Source: Alphaproteobacteria bacterium
GTDB taxonomy: Bacteria > Pseudomonadota > Alphaproteobacteria > G965222575
DNA length: 64,000 nucleotides
Assembly: GCA_965222575.1 (NCBI GenBank)
Contig: OZ244958.1
Coordinates: forward strand, 192,001-256,000
Direction: 5' to 3'
The first letter of the stretch is position 1; every line of letters begins with the position of its first letter. The position numbers were made by a program, and so were the translations under genes. The notes under the pieces were generated by a model. The model did not search any database. It was given only the letters and a program-made list of their open reading frames with translations, and had not been told where the DNA came from. Positions 39,612 through 49,099 of this stretch are shown piece after piece.

Positions 39612-40955
39612 ATGACTCCTAAGATCAAACCTCCTCCACCTAGAACAGACCCAACTGCTATACCCCCCCCTGCAGAAAAGGTTGCTGAGCAGAAATCAAG
39701 CCATGCTGGGCGGTTTACGAAAGGGATTCCTAGCAAGATTGCAAATTTTTTTTCAAAAGACTCCGCTTCTGCTACTGGGCAGAAAAAACTGACTCAACGC
39801 AAGGGCATTCAGCATCTCGATAATCCCGCTCTCACGAACACAATAGATGCCAAAGGAAGAAGTCACCCTCTCCCTAAAACTTTCATAAATTCTCCTCCAC
39901 AGCCTCCCCCACGCAATGAGTCCCTGGCACAACACCAACCACCACAAGGAGAGACTCTCACAAGGAAACCACAGCCTCTCCCACGCAATCAGTCACTGGC
40001 ACAACACCAACCACCACGCAGGGGCATTCAGCACCTCGATAATCAATCTCTCACGAACAAAATAGATGCCGAAGGAAGAAGTCACCCTCTCCCTAAAACT
40101 TTCATAAATTCTTCTTCACATCCTCTCCCACGCAATCAGTCACGCACACAGCCTCCACAAGGACAATACAGTCTGATAGGAGAGAATCGCACAGGGAAAC
40201 CACAGCTTCTCCCACGCAATGAATCACGCACACAGCAATCACAAGGACAATACAGTCTAGCAGGAGAGGCTCTTACAGGGAAACCACAGCAACCACAAGG
40301 AAAATACAGTCTAGCAGGAGAGGCTCTTACAGGGAAACCACAGCAACCACAAGGAAAATACAGTCTAGCAGGAGAGGCTCTTACAGGGAAACCACAGCAA
40401 CCACAAGGAAAATACAGTCTAGCAGGAGAGGCTCTTACAGGGAAACCACAGCTTCCCCCACGCAATGAGTCACTCGCACCAAAACCCCGAGGAAAATACA
40501 GTCTGGCAGGAGAGGCTCTTACAGGGAAACCACAGCTTCCCCCACGCAATGAGTCACTCGCACAGCCTCCACAAGGACAATACAGTGTAATAGGAGAGGC
40601 TCTTACAGGGAAACCACCGCCTCTTCCGCCTAAGCAAGGTGCAGCTAAAGCCGCACCACCGCCTTTCCAACAACAGGACAAAAATACTTACGATACTTTG
40701 CATCATGACAAAGCTTTACCACAGGGCAACACGCAAGAAAATACTTACGATACTTTGCATGACGACGAAGATTTTGTCACCTTTGAGAATTTTATGGGAC
40801 AACCAAGAGAGGATTTTCTCAAGAACAAGACACAGCCTCAGAAACGCCCGCTTGTCGGTAATTATGAGACCATGGAAAGCTTTCTTAGGGAAAAATCAGC
40901 CCCAAAGACTCAAGGAAAGCCTTTATTTGCCATTCCCCAAAAAAAATCCCCCTAA
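39612..40955 (+). CDS. Disordered Pro/Gln-rich tyrosine-repeat protein, candidate secreted effector 1
   Basis: 447-aa ORF with 7 YS[LV][AI]GE repeats, PPRNES repeats, 2x NTYDTL and YETM; no signal peptide or TM. Confidence 0.8.
   Translation: MTPKIKPPPPRTDPTAIPPPAEKVAEQKSSHAGRFTKGIPSKIANFFSKDSASATGQKKLTQRKGIQHLDNPALTNTIDAKGRSHPLPKTFINSPPQPPPRNESLAQHQPPQGETLTRKPQPLPRNQSLAQHQPPRRGIQHLDNQSLTNKIDAEGRSHPLPKTFINSSSHPLPRNQSRTQPPQGQYSLIGENRTGKPQLLPRNESRTQQSQGQYSLAGEALTGKPQQPQGKYSLAGEALTGKPQQPQGKYSLAGEALTGKPQQPQGKYSLAGEALTGKPQLPPRNESLAPKPRGKYSLAGEALTGKPQLPPRNESLAQPPQGQYSVIGEALTGKPPPLPPKQGAAKAAPPPFQQQDKNTYDTLHHDKALPQGNTQENTYDTLHDDEDFVTFENFMGQPREDFLKNKTQPQKRPLVGNYETMESFLREKSAPKTQGKPLFAIPQKKSP
40130..40620 (+). 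repeat. Coding tandem repeats (54-bp core unit, with longer variants) in effector 1
   Basis: CCACAAGGAAAATACAGTCTAGCAGGAGAGGCTCTTACAGGGAAACCACAG is repeated near-identically. Confidence 0.93.
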
Positions 40956-40988
40956 CTAAAACCCACAACCCACAGAGAACTTCCAACA

Positions 40989-41747
40989 ATGCCAAAAATC
41001 AAAGTCTCAAATCCCCAGCCCCCTGCAGAGTCCCTCGCCTTCCCGTCAAAAAATCAATCCAAAGCCCCTAAGAGAGGTGCTTTCCCTAAGAAAGCTATCC
41101 CATTGCCAAAAAACCTTACCAGAACGCTCTCTCATCAACAGCCCCTCGCTTCTCGTGTCCCAGACGCAACAGTAGCTTCCGCACCACCACCGCCGCCGCC
41201 TTCTCATGCCGCTCATGGGTCAGTGCCGACACCACCGCCACTACCGCCTCTACCTTCTACAGCACAACCAGTAATACTCAAAAAATCCGCTACTCCTCTA
41301 CCACCGCCAAAACTGGACTTGATAGGAGAATTGGAGGCAAAACTCCAAAAAAAAGGAATCGTTGCTCACCACTCCCCTGTTGCCAATGAAGAACTGCCAC
41401 CGCCGCCAGATTACATAGCAATCCCATCCAATGAAGAACTGCCACCGCCACCAGATTACCTAGCAATCCCATCCAATAAAGAACTGCCACCACCACCGCC
41501 GCCGCCCCTTACCACTCATGGGGAAGTGCCGCCGCCACCACCACTACCGCCTCTCCCTTCTACAGCACAACCAGTAATACTCAAAAAATCCGTTCTACCA
41601 AAAGAACCGCCAAAACCGGATGTGATGGAAGAGTTAAAGAAAAAGCTTGCGGAAAAAACAGCGGAAAAAGCAAAAGCTCAAGCCTCTTCTAACCAGCCTC
41701 CACCCGTGGCGGCAAAACCACTCAAACGTACACAATTAAAACCCTAG
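40989..41747 (+). CDS. Polyproline protein with LPPPP/PPxY and WH2/C-like segments, candidate secreted effector 2
   Basis: 252-aa ORF with 3x ELPPPP (2x ELPPPPDY) and a duplicated module PPPLPPLPSTAQPVILKKS...D(L/V)xxELxxKL. Confidence 0.8.
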   Translation: MPKIKVSNPQPPAESLAFPSKNQSKAPKRGAFPKKAIPLPKNLTRTLSHQQPLASRVPDATVASAPPPPPPSHAAHGSVPTPPPLPPLPSTAQPVILKKSATPLPPPKLDLIGELEAKLQKKGIVAHHSPVANEELPPPPDYIAIPSNEELPPPPDYLAIPSNKELPPPPPPPLTTHGEVPPPPPLPPLPSTAQPVILKKSVLPKEPPKPDVMEELKKKLAEKTAEKAKAQASSNQPPPVAAKPLKRTQLKP

Positions 41748-41749
41748 TA

Positions 41750-42955
41750 ATGCCAAAGCCAAACCGCCCAATCCTTCCTCCTCCTTCCTACGCGCCACCC
41801 CCGCTGCCGCCCCCTCACAAAACGCAAACAACCAAAAGGGCTACACAGACGCACAGAGCCCATCCTTCCTACCCGCCACCCCCGCTGCCGCTACCTCACA
41901 AAACGCAAACAACCACAAGGGCTATACACACGCACAGAGCCCCTTTGCCACAGACCCAACAATACAGTGAACCCCAATACAGTGAACCTCTTAGTGACAA
42001 AAGCGACCGCAAAAAGAAAAAGACACTCTTCTCACGATTCACCTCAAAACTAGGAGCCCCAATTAGAGCTCTGCGAAAAAAAGAATCCTTCTCTCATCCT
42101 AAAGCAAAAAGAGTCACCGTCGACAATGCACACTATGAAAGCACAGACAATTACGACCGCCTAAAACAGATAAAAACCAAAGCACAATACGCTAACATAA
42201 GAACGCAAACAGACTCTGATGGCTATCTTCATCCTGTAGATTCACCACTCCATAAGCAACAGGATCATAGGAACTCCTATACCCCCTCGTATGTCAACAT
42301 CACAGCCCAACCTGAGTATGTCAACACAAAAGGGCAATCTGAGTATGCTGAACCCTATGGTGCATCTGAGGATGCTGAATCCTATAGTGCGTCTGAGTAT
42401 GCTGAATCCTATGGTGCGTCTGAGTATGCTGAATCCTATGGTGCGTCTGACCTTATGGTACTGATATCAACCCATAGTGCGTCTTCGCATACTAAACCTT
42501 ATGGTACTGAGTATATCAACACCAAAGTGCAACCTGAGTATATCAACACCAAATCACAACCTGAGTATATCAACACCAAAGTGCAACCTGAGTATGCTGA
42601 ACTCAATGCACCTGAGCATGTCAACACCACAGCACAATCTGGGTATGTCAACACCAAATCACAATCTGGGTATGTCAACACCACAGCACAATCTGAGTAT
42701 GAGGAACCCTATGAACCCTATAATGATAATGTACCTGAGTATGTCAACACCAAAGCCCCTGAGCATGCTGAAGCCCTTTTCACTACTAGCACACACAAGA
42801 CCCCCAACACGCCAAAGCCTCCTATAGCAAAAGCCCATGGCGATGTCATGGCAGAATTAAGAGGAAAGCTTAAGTCTCCCGATGCTCATAAGCCTTCAAA
42901 GGGTCCTCCGCCAAAACTTTTTCCTAAACCCTCGAAGCACCCTAGCTCTTCTTAA
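41750..42955 (+). CDS. Disordered tyrosine-repeat protein (YxN array), candidate secreted effector 3
   Basis: 401-aa ORF with ~9 YxN motifs (EYINT, EYVNT, YANI), YSEP x2, EYAESY repeats, PPSY and C-terminal GDVMAELRGKL. Confidence 0.8.
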   Translation: MPKPNRPILPPPSYAPPPLPPPHKTQTTKRATQTHRAHPSYPPPPLPLPHKTQTTTRAIHTHRAPLPQTQQYSEPQYSEPLSDKSDRKKKKTLFSRFTSKLGAPIRALRKKESFSHPKAKRVTVDNAHYESTDNYDRLKQIKTKAQYANIRTQTDSDGYLHPVDSPLHKQQDHRNSYTPSYVNITAQPEYVNTKGQSEYAEPYGASEDAESYSASEYAESYGASEYAESYGASDLMVLISTHSASSHTKPYGTEYINTKVQPEYINTKSQPEYINTKVQPEYAELNAPEHVNTTAQSGYVNTKSQSGYVNTTAQSEYEEPYEPYNDNVPEYVNTKAPEHAEALFTTSTHKTPNTPKPPIAKAHGDVMAELRGKLKSPDAHKPSKGPPPKLFPKPSKHPSSS

Positions 42956-43003
42956 CCCCAGACTCTTTTCACTTATCATTCCTTTAACTATAGAGACAAG
43001 ACC

Positions 43004-44047
43004 ATGACCATAGGACGCACAAACAGACCTCTTCCGCCGACTTCCTCAACACCTGTCCCTGCTTCCACTGATTCCGCGAAGTCCCCTAAGACTTCCCAAA
43101 AGAAAGGGTTATTCCAACGGGCAATAGGCATGGTCAAGCCTAAACACCAAAACATTAATGTCAGTAGACCAGTAGCCTCTTTTGATGAGGTAGGCGTAGC
43201 CCTCCGTCACCGCAAAGCCATTGCAAGTAACCCAAGTGACCGCCCACCGGCACTACCTCCACGCCTGCGCAGAGACCGCCCACCGGCACCACCTCCACGC
43301 TCCACAAGCCTGAACTTCGACCAACCACCGGCACTACCTCCACGCTCCACTCGCCTCCATAACCAACACTTGCCCTTCAGGACACAAAGCTCAAGGTCTG
43401 CCTTCGACCCACTCCCCCAATTACCGCAAGGTGCACCTTCAAGAAGCCCTAGAACAGAAACGCTACAAAGGGCACCGGCGGCAGAAGCTCTTAACCAAGA
43501 CACTTATGAAAGACCTGCTCCCCATGCAAGGTCCTCCTCAACCAATAACTATGACAGACCCCTACAACATCAATCTCCTGATTATTTAGAGGTAAGGGAA
43601 GGCCGTCAAAATACACAACAAGACGACTATTTAGCCCCCATAGACCTCCGCAGGCAACAACCCCCCGCAACAGCACAAGATAACTATTTAGACCCCATAG
43701 AAGTCCGCAGGCAACAACCCCCTACAACAGAACAAGATAACTATTTAGACCCCATAGAAGTCCGCAGGCAACAACCCCCTACAACAGAACAAGACAACTA
43801 TGAGTCTCCTTATGACACGGCTGCCTCTCACCGTGAAGCAGCAGAGTCTCCTTATGACACGGCTGCCCTTCACCGTGAAGCTGTAGAGTCTCCTTATGAC
43901 ACGGCCGCCCTTCACCGTGAAGGGGTAGAGAAAGACGATACTCTCTATGAATCGCTCTATCAATCTCTAAACCCAAACCATAAGGACGCAAAACAGGAAT
44001 CCATTTATGAATCCTTCTCAAAGGGGCGCCCTCCTAAAAAATCTTAA
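43004..44047 (+). CDS. Disordered PxxPxR/tyrosine-repeat protein, candidate secreted effector 4
   Basis: 347-aa ORF with PPALPPR x2, PPAPPPR, DNYLDPIEV x2, ESPYDT x3, TLYESL and ESIYES. Confidence 0.8.
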   Translation: MTIGRTNRPLPPTSSTPVPASTDSAKSPKTSQKKGLFQRAIGMVKPKHQNINVSRPVASFDEVGVALRHRKAIASNPSDRPPALPPRLRRDRPPAPPPRSTSLNFDQPPALPPRSTRLHNQHLPFRTQSSRSAFDPLPQLPQGAPSRSPRTETLQRAPAAEALNQDTYERPAPHARSSSTNNYDRPLQHQSPDYLEVREGRQNTQQDDYLAPIDLRRQQPPATAQDNYLDPIEVRRQQPPTTEQDNYLDPIEVRRQQPPTTEQDNYESPYDTAASHREAAESPYDTAALHREAVESPYDTAALHREGVEKDDTLYESLYQSLNPNHKDAKQESIYESFSKGRPPKKS

Positions 44048-44129
44048 GATACTCCTGCCTTTACTTGCTAAGCGTTATCCTCTATTCTAAGAGCTAAGGC
44101 AATTCTGAAACCAAGTATACCAAGTATAC

Positions 44130-45476
44130 GTGTACAAAATCCTCTTGATAGTGAGTCTTTTTGCCTTGATAGGAGAGGCGGGGGGGGTGACTTTTGAAGA
44201 GAGCCTCAAGAGTACGCGCCTCTTGGAAAGCGCAGACATTGACGCGACGAAAAAAAGTCTTTGGAAAGCCTATCTTCAGAAGGTAAGGTCTGATAAACCC
44301 CGCTTAAAGGAGCATGAAGAAAGGGCTTTAACCTTCAATGACTATACCATGAGGTTTCACTTAGACAGAGTGCAAGACGGCAAGCAGCTTCCGTTGTACA
44401 TTGCCTTACATGGAGGCGGGGCGGCGGGAGCGAAATTGAATGATGCCCAGTACCGTCATATGCAAGTGTATTATAAAGAGGGGGGAGAAGGGTTGTATGT
44501 TGCGACGCGTGGGATTACCAACACATGGAATCTCCATTTTGTTTGGGGGGCTTTTCCGCTGTATGATAGGTTGATTGAGAACATGATAGCCTTAGAGGGA
44601 GCAGACCCGAACCGCGTGTATTTGCTAGGCTTTTCAGCGGGAGGAGACGGTGTTTACAACATTTCCACTCGCATGGCCGATCGATTTGCTGCTGTGAACA
44701 TGTCAGCTGGTCATCACAACTGGACGAATAAAAAAAACCTGTATAATCTTCCGATACTGCTTCAGGTTGGTGAGTATGATAGCGCTTATGACAGGCATAA
44801 AGAGACGGTAAAATTTTTCAAGTCTTTATTATCTTTACAAGAGACCTATCAAGGGGGCTATGTATCGGAACTCTTTCTTCATAAAGGCAAGGGGCACCAT
44901 ATAAGGGACTATGATCCCCATAGGGCATCACTGATTATTGCGGACCCTGTGGCTTGGTTAGCGGGGGATGAAGTGGAAAGTGTGGTGCGCAACACAGCGG
45001 CTACGGTGTGGCTTAAGCACCATAAGCGGGAGAGCAGGCCTAAGACGGTGGTGTGGCACACCAAGACCCGTGTCTACACGCGCAATGGTATGGGCAAGAG
45101 GGGGAAGGAGTTATGGCCTGTTAAGAATAAGGCCTTGCTGTTTTACTGGCTTGAGTTACTAAGCAATGGGAATGAGAATGAGGATTGGGAAGAAATCGTA
45201 GCCTCTTTAGAGGAGGAGAATACCATTAAGATTCGTACTGTGGGGGTTGAGCATTTTAAGATTTTACTGGATGGAGACATGCTAGATTTAGGGAAGACTA
45301 TCACCATTGAGGTCAACAGTGATAGTTGTGAGGTTGATGTTAAGGCGAAGGTTTCGCTTTTAGCGAAGACGTTACAGGAGCGTGGTGATATCAACTATAG
45401 TTTTCCGGCTGCTGTGGAGGTGAAGAAGTTACTGGAAAATCAGGAGGGGGAAGTTTGGAGTTGCACGGGGTTATAG
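44130..45476 (+). CDS. Exported alpha/beta-hydrolase fold protein (esterase/peptidase-like)
   Basis: N-terminal signal peptide, [21 protein letters not shown] nucleophile elbow, GEYD and GKGH. Confidence 0.8.
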   Translation: MYKILLIVSLFALIGEAGGVTFEESLKSTRLLESADIDATKKSLWKAYLQKVRSDKPRLKEHEERALTFNDYTMRFHLDRVQDGKQLPLYIALHGGGAAGAKLNDAQYRHMQVYYKEGGEGLYVATRGITNTWNLHFVWGAFPLYDRLIENMIALEGADPNRVYLLGFSAGGDGVYNISTRMADRFAAVNMSAGHHNWTNKKNLYNLPILLQVGEYDSAYDRHKETVKFFKSLLSLQETYQGGYVSELFLHKGKGHHIRDYDPHRASLIIADPVAWLAGDEVESVVRNTAATVWLKHHKRESRPKTVVWHTKTRVYTRNGMGKRGKELWPVKNKALLFYWLELLSNGNENEDWEEIVASLEEENTIKIRTVGVEHFKILLDGDMLDLGKTITIEVNSDSCEVDVKAKVSLLAKTLQERGDINYSFPAAVEVKKLLENQEGEVWSCTGL

Positions 45477-46238
45477 GGTTTTTTTGACCATCATTTTTTT
45501 AAGTTGGGCGATACTTTTAGCGGGATTGAGTCCTTTAGGGCAAGCTTTGGTACAATTTAAGATGGTATGACAGCGGTAAAGTTTGAAGGCATCATCTAGG
45601 CGGTTCAGTCTTGAGTTTGTTTGGGTATCTCTTGAGTCGATCACCCATCTGTAGGCATTTAGGAGTGCGGCAGGTCCTAAGTATTGGTCAGGGTTCCACC
45701 AATAGCTTGGGCAAGCAGTGGAGCAACAGGCACATAAGATACATTCGTAGAGGCCATCGAGTTTTTGGCGCTTTTGAGGAGATTGCGTGTGTTCTTTTTG
45801 AGAAGGGGGGTTTTTATTTTGCAGCCAAGGTTGGATAGAGGCGTATTGTTCATAGAAGTGTGTGAGGTCAGGCACAAGGTCTTTGACGACGGGGAGGTGC
45901 GGGAGCGGGGTAATGGTGAGGGGTTTTTTTGTCATGGGTGCAGTACAAGCGAGGGTATTGACTCCATTGATATTCATAGAGCAAGAGCCACAGACGCCTT
46001 CTCTACAGGAGCGGCGAAAGGTGAGGGTTGGGTCTATAGTATCTTTGATATAAATGAGTCCATCTAGCACCATTCTACCGCAAGAGGAGGTATCAACTTG
46101 GTAAGTATCCATTCTTGGGTTTTGTTTTGTATCAGGGTTGTACCGATAGACTTTGAAAGTCAGGAGGGATGTGGAGGAAGAACAGGGCGGAAAGGTTTTC
46201 CCTTTTTTCACTCTTGAGTCTGGAGGCAATCGAAACAT
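45471..46238 (-). CDS. sdhB: Succinate dehydrogenase iron-sulfur subunit
   Basis: [24 protein letters not shown] and [12 protein letters not shown]. Confidence 0.98.
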   Translation of the reverse strand: MFRLPPDSRVKKGKTFPPCSSSTSLLTFKVYRYNPDTKQNPRMDTYQVDTSSCGRMVLDGLIYIKDTIDPTLTFRRSCREGVCGSCSMNINGVNTLACTAPMTKKPLTITPLPHLPVVKDLVPDLTHFYEQYASIQPWLQNKNPPSQKEHTQSPQKRQKLDGLYECILCACCSTACPSYWWNPDQYLGPAALLNAYRWVIDSRDTQTNSRLNRLDDAFKLYRCHTILNCTKACPKGLNPAKSIAQLKKMMVKKTL

Positions 46239-46259
46239 ATGGGATTTTGTTGTGTTGAG

Positions 46260-48032
46260 TTAGTACATTCGTTTTTGCGGTGGGATGGGGTCAATATCTT
46301 TGGAGAGGGTGAAGTTATGGACAGGGGTGGTGTCATAGGAGACGTTTCCGTGTTCCTCTAAGGAGGCTAGGGAATGTACCATCCATTGTTTATCATCTCT
46401 GTCTGGGAAGTCTTCTCTTGCGTGGGCGCCGCGGCTTTCTGTTCGTTTGAGAGCGCTTGTGATGGTGACGAGCGCCTGTTGCAGGAGGTTGTCAAGTTCC
46501 AAGCTTTCCACCAAATCAGAGTTCCAGATTAAGGATTTATCCGTTACAATGTGGCGTTCTGTCACTAGGGCTTGGAGTTTTTCCACCCCTTGTTGTAGCA
46601 AGAGGTGTGTTCTGAACACGCCGCAGTGGTCTTGCATAACGCGTTGTAGTGTCTCTCTTAAGGAGGCGACAGGGTGTCCCCCTTTTGCCTGTCTGTGTTG
46701 ATTGAAACGCTCAAGGACAGCTTCTATGGTGTGTTTCGGTACAGGGGGGCGGGAGTGGGCAGGCGACAGGGTCTCCCCACAGAAAGACCCAGCGGCTTTA
46801 CCAAAAACAATAAGGTCTACCAAAGAGTTAGAGCCTAATCTGTTAGCACCATGAACGGAAACGCAAGCCCCTTCCCCAACAGCCAAAAGTCCCGCCACAG
46901 AAGAGAGTGAGCCTCCCGTTTTCACCTGCACTTGCGTCTTCCAGTTGGTAGGGATTCCCCCCATATTGTAATGAACAGTAGGCACCACAGGGACTTTTGT
47001 GCGCTCAACATCCACGCCCGCAAAAATCGCCGCCGCCTCCGTAATCCCAGGAAGACGTTTCTGTAAAATCTCCGCAGGAAGATGCCTAAGGTCTAAATAC
47101 ATATGGTCCTTTTTCTCGCCAACACCCCGCCCCTTGAGTATCTCTATGGTAATCGCCCGGCTCACCACATCGCGACTAGCAAGGTCGTGGGCTTTCGGCG
47201 CATAATTCGCCATAAAGTATTCTCCCTCACTATTCATAAGACGCCCCCCCTCGCCCCGCGCCCCTTCCGTAATCAACACACCAACCCCATAAATACCCGT
47301 AGGATGAAATTGTACAAACTCCATATCCTGTAGCCCAAGACCAGCACGCAACGCCATCCCCCCCCCATCTCCCGTACAGGTATGGGCAGAAGTACAAGAA
47401 TAATACGCACGACCATATCCTCCCGTAGCAAGAATCGTCACCCCAGCATTAAAAACATGCAACACCCCATCCATCAAATCCCAAGACACAACACCTCGAC
47501 ACACCCCCTCGTCCATCAAAAGGTCTAAAACAAAATGCTCAATATAAAACTGAACGCCATGCTTCAACGCCTGCCCATAGAGAGTCTGTAAAAGCGCATG
47601 CCCCGTCCTATCAGCCGCCGCACAAGTGCGAAAAGCCTGCTTGCCACCAAAATGCGTGGTCATCCCCCCAAAAGCCCTCTGATAAATCTTCCCCTCCTTC
47701 GTACGACTAAAGGGGACCCCAAAATGCTCAAGCTCCAATACCGCCTCCTTAGCATGCCTACAGAGATACTCAATAGCATCCTGGTCTCCAAGCCAGTCCG
47801 ACCCCTTCACCGTATCATACATATGCCAAGTCCAATGATCCTCCCCGCAATTGCCTAAAGCAGCAGAAATCCCCCCTTGCGCCGCCACCGTATGACTACG
47901 CGTCGGAAACACCTTCGTCACACAAGCCGTCTTCAACCCCGCTCCCGCCGCCCCCATAGCCGCACGTAACCCCGCTCCCCCAGCCCCCACAACTACAACA
48001 TCACACTCATGGTACTCTACCTGATACCCCAT
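46260..48032 (-). CDS. sdhA: Succinate dehydrogenase flavoprotein subunit
   Basis: [33 protein letters not shown] and ESRGAH. Confidence 0.99.
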   Translation of the reverse strand: MGYQVEYHECDVVVVGAGGAGLRAAMGAAGAGLKTACVTKVFPTRSHTVAAQGGISAALGNCGEDHWTWHMYDTVKGSDWLGDQDAIEYLCRHAKEAVLELEHFGVPFSRTKEGKIYQRAFGGMTTHFGGKQAFRTCAAADRTGHALLQTLYGQALKHGVQFYIEHFVLDLLMDEGVCRGVVSWDLMDGVLHVFNAGVTILATGGYGRAYYSCTSAHTCTGDGGGMALRAGLGLQDMEFVQFHPTGIYGVGVLITEGARGEGGRLMNSEGEYFMANYAPKAHDLASRDVVSRAITIEILKGRGVGEKKDHMYLDLRHLPAEILQKRLPGITEAAAIFAGVDVERTKVPVVPTVHYNMGGIPTNWKTQVQVKTGGSLSSVAGLLAVGEGACVSVHGANRLGSNSLVDLIVFGKAAGSFCGETLSPAHSRPPVPKHTIEAVLERFNQHRQAKGGHPVASLRETLQRVMQDHCGVFRTHLLLQQGVEKLQALVTERHIVTDKSLIWNSDLVESLELDNLLQQALVTITSALKRTESRGAHAREDFPDRDDKQWMVHSLASLEEHGNVSYDTTPVHNFTLSKDIDPIPPQKRMY

Positions 48033-48036
48033 ATCC

Positions 48037-48390
48037 CTACACCACCCCTCTCATCATAAGATACAACTCACACACCACCACTACCACCAATACCACCAAT
48101 AACAAAACCCAAACCAAAACCCATAAGGTAAATCGTAACCACCCGCGCGTGTAATCCTCAATAATACACATAACCCCAAGATACCCATGAAGCAAAACAA
48201 CACCCGTCACTATCCATACAGTGCCAACACTCAACGGATGACCTAAAAGCCGCACCACCTCATCAAACGTAAAAGACTTCAAAATAGGAAGACAAAAAAA
48301 CCCCACCATAAAAGGCACAAGCCCAAGAGCACTCAAACGTTGCAAGATAAACCCGCGCGTCGCTACACTCAAAGAAGAATCCTCTGTCAT
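48037..48390 (-). CDS. sdhD: Succinate dehydrogenase membrane anchor
   Basis: LQRLSA and HGYLG..IIEDY. Start moved to the ATG at 48390, overlapping the sdhC stop. Confidence 0.9.
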   Translation of the reverse strand: MTEDSSLSVATRGFILQRLSALGLVPFMVGFFCLPILKSFTFDEVVRLLGHPLSVGTVWIVTGVVLLHGYLGVMCIIEDYTRGWLRFTLWVLVWVLLLVVLVVVVVCELYLMMRGVV

Positions 48391-48767
48391 CCTACCCTCC
48401 ACCAAGCCCACCACCAACACCCCCAAGACAAAAACGTCAACAACAAAACTGCTATGCCAGAACGCGTCACGACTCTTAAAGAAAACCCAAGCCCCACATC
48501 CCAAAATAAATGACGCACCCCATTATAAAAATGATAAAAAACACACCAAGTCATGCCTAACTGAACCCCAAGACCCAAAGGAGAGGTGAACAGAGCCTTA
48601 AGCCAAATAAAATACCGCTCCCCCGTGGCAAGAGCAAGAAGCCACAACAGGCCTTCTAAGAAAACCAACAACGCCACAACCCCTGTTATCCTGTGCAGGA
48701 TTGATAAAACAGACGTAATCTGAGGCTTGTAGATACTAAGATGAGGCGATAAAGGCGGCATAAGCAA
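48387..48767 (-). CDS. sdhC: Succinate dehydrogenase cytochrome b556 subunit
   Basis: PLSPHLSIYKPQITSVLSILHRITG and HFYNGVRHLFWD. Confidence 0.97.
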   Translation of the reverse strand: MLMPPLSPHLSIYKPQITSVLSILHRITGVVALLVFLEGLLWLLALATGERYFIWLKALFTSPLGLGVQLGMTWCVFYHFYNGVRHLFWDVGLGFSLRVVTRSGIAVLLLTFLSWGCWWWAWWRVG

Positions 48768-48829
48768 GAGAAGTGAACAGTGTCTCCCTATCTCTTTATA
48801 CGCTATGCGTATGCACTCTGTATAGTATA

Positions 48830-49057
48830 TTATCCCATTTTTTGGACAATACTTTTGAGCAAGTCGCCTAGTGTCTTAATCATTTGGCTTTCCAGCGATA
48901 CAGCAGTACTCCATTGTTGCATGGTTTGCTGCATTTGCAACAAGCCCTTGGTGGAGGTATCCCCTTTAGCAATTTGTGTCTCTAGGCCTTCTTCGTGCTT
49001 TTGGCTAACAGCGCCAAGTTTATTACTAATCCTAGCAAAGTCTAATGTTGAACTCAT
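48830..49057 (-). CDS. sctF: T3SS needle subunit (SctF/YscF/EscF family)
   Basis: 75-aa helical protein ending LLQMQQTMQQWS....SQMIKTLGDLLKSIVQKM, the typical needle C-terminal helix; last gene of the T3SS block. Confidence 0.8.
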   Translation of the reverse strand: MSSTLDFARISNKLGAVSQKHEEGLETQIAKGDTSTKGLLQMQQTMQQWSTAVSLESQMIKTLGDLLKSIVQKMG

Positions 49058-49099
49058 GGTCTCCCTTTGATAAATTGAAAAAAATTGATAGTGAAGCTT

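Noticed and set aside
40136-40681. Cys-rich 181-aa minus-strand ORF (metallothionein-like look)
   Set aside because: It is the antisense shadow of the effector 1 repeats.
40989-41747. RickA/WASP orthologue
   Set aside because: It lacks the acidic Trp-containing C-terminus and a canonical WH2 helix, so it is kept only as a motif-level mimic.
39406-45476. tRNA-anchored integrative island or prophage carrying the effectors
   Set aside because: The tRNA-Gly 3' end points away from the cassette, and I found no integrase and no duplicated tRNA 3' end (att site).
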